Position numbers and translations under genes: made by a program. The notes beneath the pieces were generated by a model. It did not search any database and was not told where the DNA came from. It was given only the letters and a program-made list of their open reading frames with translations. DNA of 63,236 bases, counting the filler. It is 12 parts of 12 records of this genome, joined end to end, with 100 filler letters (N's around TTAATTAATTAA, not from the genome) between each part and the next. Parts side by side here need not be neighbours in the genome. Positions count along the whole stretch, not along the records: positions 42,448 to 45,827 come from SRR7504441_10676; positions 45,928 to 52,770 come from SRR7504441_10686; positions 52,871 to 58,451 come from SRR7504441_10689; 9 more parts are not named here. One strand, 5' to 3'. Within the stretch, counting starts at the first letter, position 1. Every line of letters begins with the position of its first letter. Shown piece by piece: positions 42,806 through 54,198 of the stretch.

Positions 42806-44542
42806 TTACTCGGCCTCTGGCTCTGGATTCTCGTCGGCTGCTGGGTGCAGCTCCGCCAGCGCGGCCAGCGGGTTGCTCACCGGCTGTCCAGCCTGCCGGA
42901 GCAGCCTGGCAAGCCCGGCCGCCATCCCGCCATCGGTCTCCGGACACACCAGCGTATAGGCCAGCCCCGGCTGCCCCTGCCGGCCGGTCCGGCCGACTCT
43001 GTGCGCAAACTGCTCGAGAGAGATCGGGAAGTCAAAGTTGACCACCACCGGCAGCTTGCTCACGTGGATCCCGCGCGCGGCCACGTCGGTGCTCACGAGC
43101 ACCCGGAGCTTCCCGCTCTTGAACTCGCTCAGCCGAGCCTCGCGCGTGCTCTGCTGCAGCTTGCCGTGCAGCGGCTGGACCAGCCCAGGGAGTTGGCTCT
43201 CGAGCTGGGCCGCCAGCTTGTCTGCGGCTTCCACTCTATTCACAAACACCAGCACCCGGCTCTTGGCCCGCTCGGCCCGCTCCCTCTTATCGAGCGCAGC
43301 CAGCAGCTTGCGGACCGCCGGCAGCTTGCCCGGGCCCGGGAGCACCTGCACGATCTGCCTTGTGCTCTGTGACAGTGTGACAGGCCCTGCTCCGAGCTCC
43401 AGCTGAATCGGCTGGTGCAGCCACCGGCCTGTGGCTCTACTCAGCTTGGGCGCCAGCGTGGCCGAGAAGAGCAGCGTCTGTCGGTCCAGCCGGATCACGC
43501 CGGATATGTTGTCGAGCTGCTTTTCAAACCCGAGTTCGAGCATTTTGTCCGCCTCGTCCAGCACCAGCATTCGCACCCAGCTGAGCTCGACTTGCCTGCA
43601 CTCGAGCAGCTCGAGCAGTCGGCCCGGGGTGGCCACCAGCAGATCGCAGCCCTCCTCCAGTCGGTCCAGCTGCAGCTTCTTGCCCTCGCCTCCATACACA
43701 GCCACCGCCCGCACCCCCTGCGTCCGCAGCACCCGGGCGGCCTTCACCACCTGGTTGGCCAGCTCGCGGGTCGGGACCAGCACCAGCGCCACCGGCGCGA
43801 TCTGCGGCCTCCGGGCGGCCCCGGCCGGCACCAGCCGGGAGAGTGCGGCCTGCACGTGCGGCACTGCCGGCAGCAGGTACCCCAGGGTCTTGCCCGAGCC
43901 CGTCTCCGCGATTGCCACCAGGTCGTGCCCCGTGAGCGCCGCCGGCCAGGCTTGGGCCTGCACGGGCGAGGGCGAGCTGATCTGGCCGCCGCTCTGCCGG
44001 CTCACTACCTCCATCGCCGCCCTGACCACCGACGGCAGCCGCGGGTCGGCCCAGCTGGCCACCGGGCCCGGGCAGTACTCGGCCCCGGCCAGCACCCGGA
44101 CCCCGATCCGCTCCCGGGCGGCAGCCACCTCGGGGCAGCCGCTGCAGTCCCCCGGCTCGCCCCCCCAGAACCGCCGGGCGAACACGATCGCGTGGTCGGG
44201 GCGGCCTGGCAGCCCCGGCCGGCTCTGCTCGCCAGTCGGCTTCTTCTTGCGCTTCTTGCGCTTCCTCCAGTCGTCCTCCTCGTCGTCCTCCTCCTCGGCC
44301 GGCTCCGGCTCGTCCGGCTCCGGCTCCGGCTCAGGGGGCGCCGGGGCCGGCTTAGTCTTCTTGGGCTGGCCTGTGCTGTAGATGAGCCGGTACTGCTCCG
44401 GCTGCTCGCTCGACTGGCCGGCCGCCGCCCGCTGCTGCTGCATCTCCTTCTTGCTCAGCCGAGGCCCCTCCCGCTTACGCTCGCCCAGGATCCGGAGCCG
44501 CTTGTTGTTGGCCTGCTTACGAAGCTTCTTCAGCTGGCCCAT
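42806..44542 (-). CDS. DEAD-box RNA helicase (DBP2/DBP3-like clade), intronless
   Basis: Q motif SPSPVQAQAWP, AETGSGKT, PTRELA, YGG, TPGRL, DEAD, SAT, ARGIH and HRVGRTGR; basic/acidic N-terminal extension. Confidence 0.95.
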   Translation of the reverse strand: MGQLKKLRKQANNKRLRILGERKREGPRLSKKEMQQQRAAAGQSSEQPEQYRLIYSTGQPKKTKPAPAPPEPEPEPDEPEPAEEEDDEEDDWRKRKKRKKKPTGEQSRPGLPGRPDHAIVFARRFWGGEPGDCSGCPEVAAARERIGVRVLAGAEYCPGPVASWADPRLPSVVRAAMEVVSRQSGGQISSPSPVQAQAWPAALTGHDLVAIAETGSGKTLGYLLPAVPHVQAALSRLVPAGAARRPQIAPVALVLVPTRELANQVVKAARVLRTQGVRAVAVYGGEGKKLQLDRLEEGCDLLVATPGRLLELLECRQVELSWVRMLVLDEADKMLELGFEKQLDNISGVIRLDRQTLLFSATLAPKLSRATGRWLHQPIQLELGAGPVTLSQSTRQIVQVLPGPGKLPAVRKLLAALDKRERAERAKSRVLVFVNRVEAADKLAAQLESQLPGLVQPLHGKLQQSTREARLSEFKSGKLRVLVSTDVAARGIHVSKLPVVVNFDFPISLEQFAHRVGRTGRQGQPGLAYTLVCPETDGGMAAGLARLLRQAGQPVSNPLAALAELHPAADENPEPEAE

Positions 44543-44558
44543 CGCGCCGTGCCTCGAA

Positions 44559-44564
44559 TAACGG
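44559..44564 (+). promoter_or_regulatory. YAACGG motif in an 87-bp bidirectional promoter
   Basis: TAACGG between divergent ATGs at 44542 and 44630. Confidence 0.5.
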
Positions 44565-44629
44565 ACAAATCGCCGGCTCTCTCTTCGAACCACCTCCTTC
44601 AGAGCGGGGGCGTCTGCCCGGGGCGCTAA

Positions 44630-45827
44630 ATGTGGTTCCTGGAGCCGCTCCCGGAGGACCGGGCCACCGCGGCGGCCACGCAGGCCCGGTCCCAGCCGGC
44701 CCCGCTCCCGGAGCCGCGGGCGCTGACCGGGGCCGGCCGCGAGTACTCGGTGGGCCGCCAGAACACCGACGTCATCGTGGGCGGCGGGGGGGCCTCCTCG
44801 GTCTCCCGGCACCACGCCACGCTCGTGGTCGGGCCGGCCCAGCCGGATGGCCGTCCGCCCGCGGTGGATCTGAAAGACAAGTCCAAGTGCCCCCGCAGCC
44901 CGGCGGGGGGTGAGGCGGCGGCGGCAGGTTTGGGACGTTCAGGAACAACAGCAAGGTGGACGGGGCGGTCGCGCTGGCCGACGGGGATGTGATCCGGTTC
45001 GGGGTGCGCGAGGCCAAACACGCTGTCTGCCGGTGCGCCCCCGTCCCGGGCGTGGTGACACCGGTGTAGGCTGAGCTGGCGGCCGATTAAGCTATGCCTG
45101 TCCTCGTTAGACGAGCAAGCCGCTCTGAGGCTCCGCAAGCTGGCCAGCGACAGCGGCACGCCCTGGGCAGCGGAGCGGCGCTGACTGGATGCAGGGGTGG
45201 TGGTTGCTGGCAGCTGGAGCGAGGACTGCACCCACGTGGTCGCTGACTCTATCAACTTCAGGACCAAGGCCAGCCCGCCGCCGGGCCCACTAGACCTCTG
45301 GCCGCAGGTCTTCTTCGGGCTGGTGCACGCCCAGCATCTGGTCACCACTGGCTGGTTCGAGGCCCTCGTCAACACCCAAACTGCAGTCTGTGCCTCCCAG
45401 TGCGCTGCCCGCCGTCCGGCCGCGCGCCCACCCCGTGGCAGGCATACCCCGCCATTCAGCTCCGCGATCACCGAAGCGCTGCCCGAGCTCACGCCCGAGA
45501 TGCTCCAGCCGCACCCCCGCACCAGCCTCTTCGCAGGGATCCGTTTCTTGGCCATTCCGGACGAGCAGAACGAAATACAGCGGATTCTGCAAGGGATCCC
45601 GGCCGAGTTTTCGCTCTGCCAACATCCGTCGCCCGAGCTGGCCGCCGAGCTGCGCGCACTCCCGCCGCCGACCAAGCTGTGCTTCGTGTGCGCGGTGCCC
45701 ATGCAGGCGCGTTGGCAGCAGTTTGCTTCGGAGCTTGACGTGCCGATCCTCTCCGGCCGTGAGCTCTGGGGCCGGCTGCTCGCACTCAAGCCTTTCGACT
45801 CCCAGCAAGTCGCCAGCATACCCCCGC
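44630..45827 (+). CDS. NBN: Nibrin/NBS1 (FHA + BRCT), multi-exon, 3'-partial
   Basis: MW.L...EYSVGR....VSRHHA...LKDKSKFGTF.N....LADGDVIRFG (FHA), then WSEDCTHVV...LVTTGWF and RTSLFAGIRF (BRCT), collinear with NBS1. Confidence 0.85.
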
Positions 45828-45991
45828 NNNNNNNNNNNNNNNNNNNNNNNNNNNNNNNNNNNNNNNNNNNNTTAATTAATTAANNNNNNNNNNNNNNNNN
45901 NNNNNNNNNNNNNNNNNNNNNNNNNNNATATATCAGGCTTGTTCATTCTTTTGGCCGCGCCGCACAAAGACATGAGCCGACGTGTTTAAGT

Positions 45992-47607
45992 TCAGTAGCA
46001 AAGAAACTCCCCTAAATGATCGAACTTATACCTTTCGAAATTCTCAACATCCACCAGTTGAACCCCGCACAGTTTTTGAATCCCTGCCCCACCAGTGATC
46101 CTCGCAAGCTTGCCCGTCACCTGGCCGCAGTGGCAGCAAGTCCACCGTCAGGTCCGCATGCTCTGCAGGCGGCAGCTCCTGGAGCTCACGGCCCGACACT
46201 CCATTCAGCAGCACCCCCATCCCCCGCATGCCCTGCAGCGCAGTGTCCACCTCCACTCGCAGCCTGCGCGCGCTTGGACTCTTATTCACTACTCGCATCA
46301 CCACAGGCACTGCTAGCCCTGCCCAGCCGGATTATACCCCCCCATACCGGCCAGCCACCTACGCGATACCCCTCTGCGCCCTCAGGCGGCAGCACGCATA
46401 CCTCCACTGGCGTCCGCTGCCCTTGAGGCCAGCGGGCACTAGGCTGGCTCAGCAGCCCATGAACTCCCATCGGCCCGCTGCCGGCCGGATCACTTGGGGC
46501 AATTCAAGCCCAGGGAATGTACCAGTAGCTGCCACTGAAGCTCCCAAGCACCGCTGCCCGCCAATTGAGTCACGCAGCCAGGCAGCTACAGGCACCTGGA
46601 TCTGCCTCCGGACTTGGCTTGCACGGCTCCAGCTGGTAGCACAGCTGCATCTTCGCCTGAGGCGCCAACTCCGCCAGCGGCTGGTCGCTGGCCTGCAGAT
46701 GGCTGTCAGGAAGCAGGCTTTGTACAGGGAGCCACCGGGCTGCTAGTCAGACGGAATCCAGATCCGCATGCGAATTTGTGCTCCGGCACGAGTACAGGGT
46801 GGCCCATCAGGTTCTGAAGAGAGACCTGCACCAGCGCCCGGCCGCCGACCTGCAACGAGGAGCTCAGCACTGACTGGACCCAGTAGAGAAGCATTTAAAC
46901 CAAATCAAGCAGGGGGGCACCGGGCCTAGCGAGGGCTGGTGACGATCAAGGCCCAGGGCAGATTAGGGCTGGTAGCTACCAGGTGGACTTGTGTATCTAT
47001 CGCCATCGGCTCTAGCGCTTCAAAAGGCCAAGACTTCTTGGTCTTCTGCAGCTGGCCCTCGCTGTCCACAAAGGTGGCAACGCACTCGACCAAATGTGCC
47101 CCTGCCCTGCTCTCAGCATACAGCTGGCGCCTGTCAGCACCGGTTTGGGCCAACTGGTGGTGCACCACGAAGTCTGAGCTCTGGCCGGGCCCTGCCAGTC
47201 ACACTCGGCCAGGCTGCCAGGCGCAACAGGCCGCACCCAACTCGCCCAGCCCCGACTGCGGTCGCAGTTCGGCCTGTCCGCCCCGGATCACGGGCACACC
47301 GACCGGATCACAGGCCTGATCGGCGCCGCACTTGATTGCCACCCGGATCTGCACGTCGCCCAGCTTCTGGCGCCCGCTGTTGACCACGTGCACGTAGCAG
47401 CTGAACCGCTCCCCCGCGTAAATGTTGCCGAACGCAGCCGGCATCTGGCCAGGCTCTTGGCGGCCCGGCGGCGGCGGCGGGCACCTCGAGGAAACTAGAG
47501 AGCGCGAACCCGGAGAGCCCCTCCCCGATCCCGGCAGCCACCGCCGACGGCGCCGTGCGCAGCGGCGGGTGGCACACCCGCATGGCCTTGATGTTCAGCC
47601 CCGCCAT
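45992..47607 (-). CDS. TRAPPC13: Trafficking protein particle complex subunit 13, multi-exon
   Basis: LNIKAMRVCHPPL, MPAAFGNIYAGERFSCYVHVVN, HLVECVATF...KKSWPF, QVSLQN and LLPLRPGIQKLCGVQLVD; TGA at 45992-45994. Confidence 0.9.
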
Positions 47608-47681
47608 AGTCTGCGCTTGCGGTCGCTCTGTGGGTCCAGGGACGAGGCGGTCGGAGGGTTGGAAGAAAAGATAGCGTTGTG

Positions 47682-47687
47682 CCGTTG
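47682..47687 (-). promoter_or_regulatory. YAACGG motif in a bidirectional promoter
   Basis: CCGTTG (plus CCGTTT at 47695-47700) between divergent ATGs at 47607 and 47831. Confidence 0.5.
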
Positions 47688-47830
47688 GATTCAGCCGTTT
47701 TTTATCAATCCGTGAATCGATGCGCCGAGCTGGGCGAGCTGGTCGCTCATCAGAGGTCAATTCGGAGGTTGCTGTAGCCGGCCGGTAGCTGCAGCAGGCC
47801 AGCCCGCCGAGGAAGCTGCCGCTGGTCCGA

Positions 47831-50777
47831 ATGCCCGCGATGGAAGGCAAGAGCAAACTGGCGCTGGTCCGGCCGCTTGCTCACCCGCTGGCCCACAAGC
47901 TGCAGCAGCCCCTGACGCAGGCGCCCCCGTTGCATCCGCAGCTCGAATTGGGCCAGTGGTACGAGTTCGTTACGGACACCGGCGCGGTGCTCCTGGCCGC
48001 GCGGCAGCCTCCTGGCCCTCGGATGCCAGTGCTCACCGGAGCACGGTGGCGGAACGAGACTCCAGTCGCGGCGCTGTGGCGAGCCGAGCCCTCTCCGGAG
48101 GATGGCCTGGTGCGCCTGCGCGCGTACGAGGGCGGGGTGCTGTTGGCTGCTGGGCTTGAGCTCGAGCACGGGGAGCCGACCGGGCGGGCCGACCTGTTTC
48201 GGCTGGACCCGTGCCCCGGGGGGATGCGCCTGGTGACGGCGGAGGGCAAGCTGGTGTACCACACCGGGGGCGGTGAGGGGAGCCGAGTGATGGCCGATGG
48301 GAACGGCAGCCGGCCGGCGAATCAGCTCGGGGCCATCTGGCGCCCGGAACTGGTCACCAGGGCCCAGGTGAAGAGCTGTTGGGCTGTTGGGGTGCTTATT
48401 GGCCGGTTGTGGATAGGTGAATGATGCCTTGGGGCGGGCGGCTGTGATCGAGGAGTGGAGCGAGCGGCAGCAGGAGCTGCGAGAGCTCGAGGCCTGTCTG
48501 CTCGAGGCTCGCAAGCGCAACATTGCAGAGCTGCAGCAGTCAGCAGCGGAGGCTGAGCACGCGAGGATGGAGGCCATGCGCGGGCGCCAGGAGGAGGAAG
48601 CAATCAGGGGGCGGGTGGCGGAGGCGGAGGCTGAGCTGCGTCTTGTGGAGCGGCGGCGGGAGGAGAGGGAGAAGTTGGCTGAGGAGCGTGTGAGCTACAA
48701 GCAGCAAGAGCTGGCTGCCTTGGAGCAAAAGGTGCAGAGTGCGGGCGACAGGCTACTGGAGAAGGAGCGAGTGCTGCAGGAGAGCATGGACCAGCAAAAG
48801 AAAGTATTTGATGACCGTTCGGCCTGGGAAGAGCAAAAGATCCAGCAAAAGACCGCGGAGCGACAGGCCGCCGAGCTTCGGCTTGCTGAGGTAAACCTAG
48901 CCCTAGCTACCCTAAAGACCGGTCCAAGCGCAATGCCAGGTGGAGCAGCGTCTGGCGGAGAAGGAGACCGAGTGCCGGCTGCGTGAGGCCAAGGCTCGTG
49001 AGGCAGAGGGTAGGATCCAGCGACTGGAGACTCTTGAATCCAATTGCAACACAAAAGAGAAGGCGGTGCAGGGCCTGGATAAGCAGCTCGCATTGCAGCA
49101 ACAGGAGCTGGACGATTTAAACCGGAAGATACAGCGGACGCGCAGTGAGCTGGAAGCCAGCGAGAGCGCGGCTACGGCAGCGATTGGGAAAAAGAGAGAG
49201 CTGGAGAGTGTTGAGGCGCAACTGAGCAGCGCCACTGAAGGGCTGGACGCAAAACACAGGGAAGTAGCAAGTGTAGAAGCTGAGCTGGAAAGGCTGCTCA
49301 AGGAGAAAACAGCGCTGCAAGAGATGAACCAGAAGCTTGAGGTGGTCGAGGCTGAGCTAGACAGTAAGAAAAAGGAGATGGCTCCGCTGGATAGCGAGCT
49401 GGCCAGTCGACGCAAGGAGCTGGAGCAGCTGAATGCAGACTCAACGGACAGGCGTGAGCAGTTGACTGGGCTGGAGGCTGAATTGGAGAGGCTGAAGGCG
49501 GCAGTGGAGGAGTTGCAACTGGCCCAAAAAGAGCTTGAGAAAACCAAACAGGAAGTCGAGGCCAAGAAAAAAGAGTCGGAGGAGCTGAAGGCGGCGTTGC
49601 TCGCCAAGGAGAAAGAGCTCGAGGGGCTTGATGATGCTCAAGAGAAGAGCAAGCAGCTGGAAGGCATCGAGTTGGAGCTAGAAAGCAAACGCAAGGAGCT
49701 CGCACAGCTCAATCAGCTCGTTTCAGACAGCTCATTGCGCTTGGCAGCAGCTGAGTCTGAGTCTACGGAGCTTAAGGGACAGTTAGACGACGTGGAAAAG
49801 AAGCTTGACGAGCGAAGCAAGGAACTCACCGAGCGCCAGGCCAAATGCGAAGAGCTGGAAGAAAAGATAAAAGCTGGGGAGAATGTCAAGGCAGAGCTTG
49901 AGGCAGAGAGGAAGCTTCTAGAGGAGACACAAGAGCAGGCAGACAAGCTCAAGGCCCGGCTTGATGAGCTCAATATTGCGATAGTTGAAAAAGAAGAGGA
50001 GCTGGCTCGGTTGAACGCGCAGATCACAGAGAAGCAGGCCGAGCTAAAGGGGCTGGACACCAAACTCGAGGCCAGCGAGGAGGAGTTGGCAGGGATGGCA
50101 GTCAAGGTCGATGAGTGGAACCGCAAGAGTGCAGAAGTTGATGCCGAGTGACTCCGCTCTGGCCTCTACAGGCTACTGAGAGATGGCTGTAGGGAGGCTC
50201 AAAAGAAGTCAAGCGTAGTGGCTCAATACGCAGGAGAGCTCACGGGGGAGCCTGTCACGTACATCAGCGAGGATGGCAAGCCCAGGCTGAGTGCGCGGTG
50301 ATGCATACTAAGAGGTTTAGCTGACTGCCTCGGTGATGGTGAAGGTTTTTCGAGTTGGCAAAGGCCTTATTTGGGTTGTGTGATGTGGACAACAGTGGAG
50401 TCATAGAGATGGGCGAGTTCGTCGAGGTGCGCTGTTCCTTATGCTGGTTGTGCGTGTTCTCATTTCTGGCTTGTCGGCAGGTTTGCATTGAGTATACTCC
50501 TGATGTGCATGAGGAACAGATTGTTCATACGTTTGCAATCGTGGGTGCAGACGATGGTGTGATTGACATCGATGAATTTGCAAATTGGGTACGGCAAACC
50601 ACCAGTTGTGTGACGATAGTTAATGAGGGGTCTGGGGATATCCAGGTGGCCTTGATGTTTGCCGATTGCTCTGAGAAGGACTTTTTGGATGGGATGGTCG
50701 AATTTGAGGATGCCACCAACAAGGTTCGGTCCAGAGGTGTATTTGACTCTGACAAAAAGAAGACCGCTGCTGTGTAG
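47831..50777 (+). CDS. Fascin-like beta-trefoil + long coiled coil + C-terminal EF-hands, multi-exon
   Basis: N-terminal GLVRLRAYEGGVL...DLFRL..GMRLVTAEGKLV repeats; heptad exons 48417-50148; in-frame GT-AG junctions lead to DVDNSGVIEMGEF and ADDGVIDIDEF. Confidence 0.65.
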
Positions 50778-51168
50778 GGGTAATGTGGTAATGTAGGGGT
50801 TAAGCCTTTGGCTTTGCTCGAGACATGCTGGCCTCACGCTAGCCAGCGTCGTTCTAACTCGTCTAACCTCACTCGGCCAACTGGCTTATGAAATCAGCTT
50901 AAGTAATTAACGAGCTCAGTCAAGTGCTGTCTTGAATACGTCGATAACTAACTAGTCGATAACACACGTACAAGCATAATCATAGTCAATTGTCTTGGAC
51001 CGAATAACCCAATCGAAAGTATAATTATATTGAAAATGACTTTGATTTGAAATCTAGGACATACAACGAATCATCAGCTTTTACTGCAAAGTAACCGGCT
51101 ACAACGATTAAAGTACATGTACTTCAAATACTGCTGAAATGCTACGTACTTCAGCCAAAGCGCTAACT

Positions 51169-51218
51169 ACTTTCATAAGTGCAACGCTCGACTTTCATAA
51201 GTGCAACGCTCTACTTTC
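51169..51218. repeat. Short ~21-bp tandem repeat (2 copies plus a partial)
   Basis: ACTTTCATAAGTGCAACGCTC(G/T) repeated in the 3' region of THOC6. Confidence 0.85.
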
Positions 51219-51244
51219 AACTCGTGTGAAGTGCGTCAAGCCTC

Positions 51245-52670
51245 TCAAAAGCAACTAAGCGTGAAAGCACGATTGGTTGGGGTCACATATATATCCACAG
51301 TGCCGCCCGTGCCTCCACATGCAATCAGCTGCTCATCTGGTCAGCACCGGGCCGACCCACAGGCAGGCACCTCAGAGACGCGGTCCGACGAGGCTGTGAA
51401 GATCGAGCTGTTGGAGCTGGCAGTACGGTACCGCAGCTGGCCGCTGTTGGCCCAGGTGTAGAGCCAGGGCTCGTTCCCGCCAGTGATCACTTCACCTTGG
51501 CTGTTGAACACTGCTACCTGCAAGCCGCTAACCACTGGCTGCACCCTGTGCCACCTGTGGCGTGCCGACAGTGGGCATGACGGCGGTGCAAGTGCCAGAC
51601 TGCATGTGCCAAGAGGTGAGCGCTCGGCCGCCACCGCCTGTCAACACCAGTGCCATCGGCCATGCGGCCCTGGCAGCAATTGGCTACCGGCAACCAGCCA
51701 CGTGTCTTGGTCGTCGACTGCCAGGCAAGACACCCAGCGGGACGAGTCAGGCTCGCCCGCCTCAGTCGGCTCCCAGAGCGTCTGGGTACACGCCCGCGAT
51801 CTAGCGTCTGCGCACATTGGTCACTGCCAGACTGGTGTGGCAGGCACCCCAGAACTTGACAGTACCATCTTCAGACCCAGTCAGCACCTGAGCTGCGGGG
51901 TTAGACGGCCAACAAGCATGCGCCCGGACCTGTCCAGTAGACCGGCGCACGGCCACTGCGTGCAGGTACTTGGCGTGTCCCTCGAACCGGCCGAGGCACT
52001 TGCCTGTCTCCTGTCGCGCCAGTGAGGCAGCAGCCGCTCGGGAGCTCCACCAGGTCCCATTCGTACGCAGTCGAGTCGCCCGCCCCGCCATACGCCCGCT
52101 GCCCAGGCTCAGCGCTCCCCCAGGGCCGGGCACCGCCCCGAGCACGGCGACACTGTTGATCTCCGGCACTGGGAGCGTGATCCCTCGCTCCTCGACCCGC
52201 GGCGTGTCCAGAACACCGGACGGGCGCACAACACCCGCCTGCTCGCAAAGTATCGTCGTCGGCCAGGTGCGCACACCATCGTCGCCCCCGCTGCACCAGA
52301 CCGGTCAACGGGCCGACTGGGCAGGCTCACCTCAAGAGGACAGTGCCGTCGTCCGAAAACACGAGGCTGTAGGTGGCGCCGGCGTGTGCCACAAACGAGT
52401 TGGCCGGGCGTGACGACCTGGTCACAGGGATGAGCGTTGCCCGGGCCCAGCCGAGCTGCCCGGAGCGGATGGCGGCCACGTCCCAGACGCAGATTCGGCC
52501 CTCGGAGGTTCCGGCCACCAGCAGCGCCCCGTCCTTGGAGAAGGCCGAGGCCAGCACCTTGACGTACGCCCTGACAACCCGCCGGATGTGTCGGCCGGCC
52601 GCAAGCGGCTTCACCTTCGCCGCTCTTCTCGCAGCGCGCCGGCGTGCCCGCTCTCCAGCAGCCCCGTCAT
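51245..52670 (-). CDS. THOC6: THO complex subunit 6 (WD40), multi-exon
   Basis: VLASAFSKDGALLVAGTSEGRICVWD, AHAGATYSL, VPEINSVA, GDSTAYEWDL, FEGHAKYLHAV, VLTGSEDGTVKFW and VITGGNEPWL. Confidence 0.88.
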
Positions 52671-52695
52671 CCTGCGCCGAGCCGACGACTCGGCT

Positions 52696-52701
52696 CAACG
52701 G
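52696..52701 (+). promoter_or_regulatory. YAACGG (Myb-type) motif
   Basis: CAACGG ~26 bp upstream of the THOC6 ATG (52670). Confidence 0.5.
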
Positions 52702-52870
52702 CAATTGGGCCAGCGTAAACGCGGACCTGAAATTTCAGACATTTCACTTTTCTGAAATTTCATGAAATTCNNNNNNNNNNNNNNNNNNNNNNNNNNNNNN
52801 NNNNNNNNNNNNNNTTAATTAATTAANNNNNNNNNNNNNNNNNNNNNNNNNNNNNNNNNNNNNNNNNNNN

Positions 52871-52921
52871 GGCCAAACCGAGATAGTGGCGGCGCTGATC
52901 GAGGCTGGAGCTTCCGAGTAA
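52871..52921 (+). CDS. 3' end of an ankyrin-repeat gene
   Basis: GQTEIVAALIEAGASE* at the contig start. Confidence 0.6.
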   Translation, partial: GQTEIVAALIEAGASE

Positions 52922-53090
52922 AAAGTAGCTGTCCGAGTTGCTCCAGGTTCCGTGCGTTTCACGATTATATGTAAGTTAAGAGACGGTGCTCTATTGCTAT
53001 TGTAATACGAGTACTTACATGCCGGATGTAATCATGGTTGTTACCAATAGAATCGAAACGGCGTGTCCCGAATCAACCCCAATCAACCGA

Positions 53091-54102
53091 CTACTCCACT
53101 CGAATTGCTGTAGACCCGCTACCCGGCGCCCACTTGGGAAGCTCTAGGACCCTCTGGAGCAAATAAAACGCGAACCCATGTGGCGCCTGCTCCCCCGTCA
53201 GCCAAAGCCGGCCAGGGCTAACCGACCGGGACCGCACCCAGCTTGCCCACCAATGCCTCAAAATAATCTGGCTCGCGAACCTTGCCGGATAAGACCGCCT
53301 CGTACAGGCCCTCCTGCACGTTCTCGAACGCCTGGACCACGTTGCACTGCTCCTCTTGTATTAAGTCGACCAAGTCTATCACCAGCACATGCCCACTGCC
53401 GCACAACGCTCAGCCGGGGCCGGCCAGTGCAGCAGTTACTGCTGCAGGCATGCCACGAGCATTTCTTTCAGGTGCTTTTTGCGAAGCTGTGACGAGTCCT
53501 TGGCATCTAGCATGACCGCCTGTACCACTGGTTGGGGCAAGGGCAGCAGCCGGGCTCACGTTTGACGCCTTGAAGCTCTGCTTGAGCCGCCGCCGGTCAG
53601 GCACCCCTGCAGCTGCGGGGAGGTGACCGGCCGGTGGGTTTTTGGTGGACTTGAGCTCCTCCAGCATCTCGGGCTTGAGCAGCAGTTTGAGCCCAGTCAG
53701 AGCGGCGATCGATGTGGCCTCCTCCGGGGACGGGGTGTGCTTCTCCAAATAGTCGGTCGCCCCAGCGGCCGGGCCAGAGGCCAGTCGGTGTATCAGCTCG
53801 GCCCTGGCATTCAGATCTGTGACGGCCTTGACCTCCTCCTCGAGCTCCTTGACGAACACCAGGTACCGCACCTTCTTCTCCTTGTCCGGGTCCCAACGCT
53901 CGTTGGCCGCCTTGCACTCGTCCTCCTCGAAGGCGGCTGGGCCCTTGATCGCCATCCATAGCGCTCTGAAGTCGCTGCTGTCCAGCCACTCCCGGCCGGA
54001 TTGGTCGAACTTGTACCAGCTCTCCTCCACCGTCTCCAGGTCCTCCGGGCTCAGCGGCTTCTTCTTGCCCGGCTTGCCCCCGCCCTTCGGCTTGGGAGCC
54101 AT
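53091..54102 (-). CDS. EF-hand-like protein with a basic MAPK-type N-terminus, multi-exon
   Basis: MAPKPKGGGKPGKKK; degenerate EF-hands FDQSGREWLDSSDF and WDPDKEKKVRYLVF; the last exon ends TAG at 53091-53093. Confidence 0.6.
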
Positions 54103-54131
54103 ATCACACTGCGTGGAGCAAAAATAGAACC

Positions 54132-54137
54132 TAACGG
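54132..54137 (+). promoter_or_regulatory. YAACGG motif in a 96-bp bidirectional promoter
   Basis: TAACGG between divergent ATGs at 54102 and 54199. Confidence 0.5.
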
Positions 54138-54198
54138 ACGCGGAGGCCCGCCAGTGGAGGGCAAGCGCCGCGTTCGAGGCCACAGGTGCTCTGGGCCG

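Noticed and set aside
51169-51218. 21-bp repeats (also 23-bp at 37634 and 15-bp at ~35399) as possible CRISPR-like arrays
   Set aside because: Only two adjacent copies, no spacers and no cas genes; simple tandem duplications.
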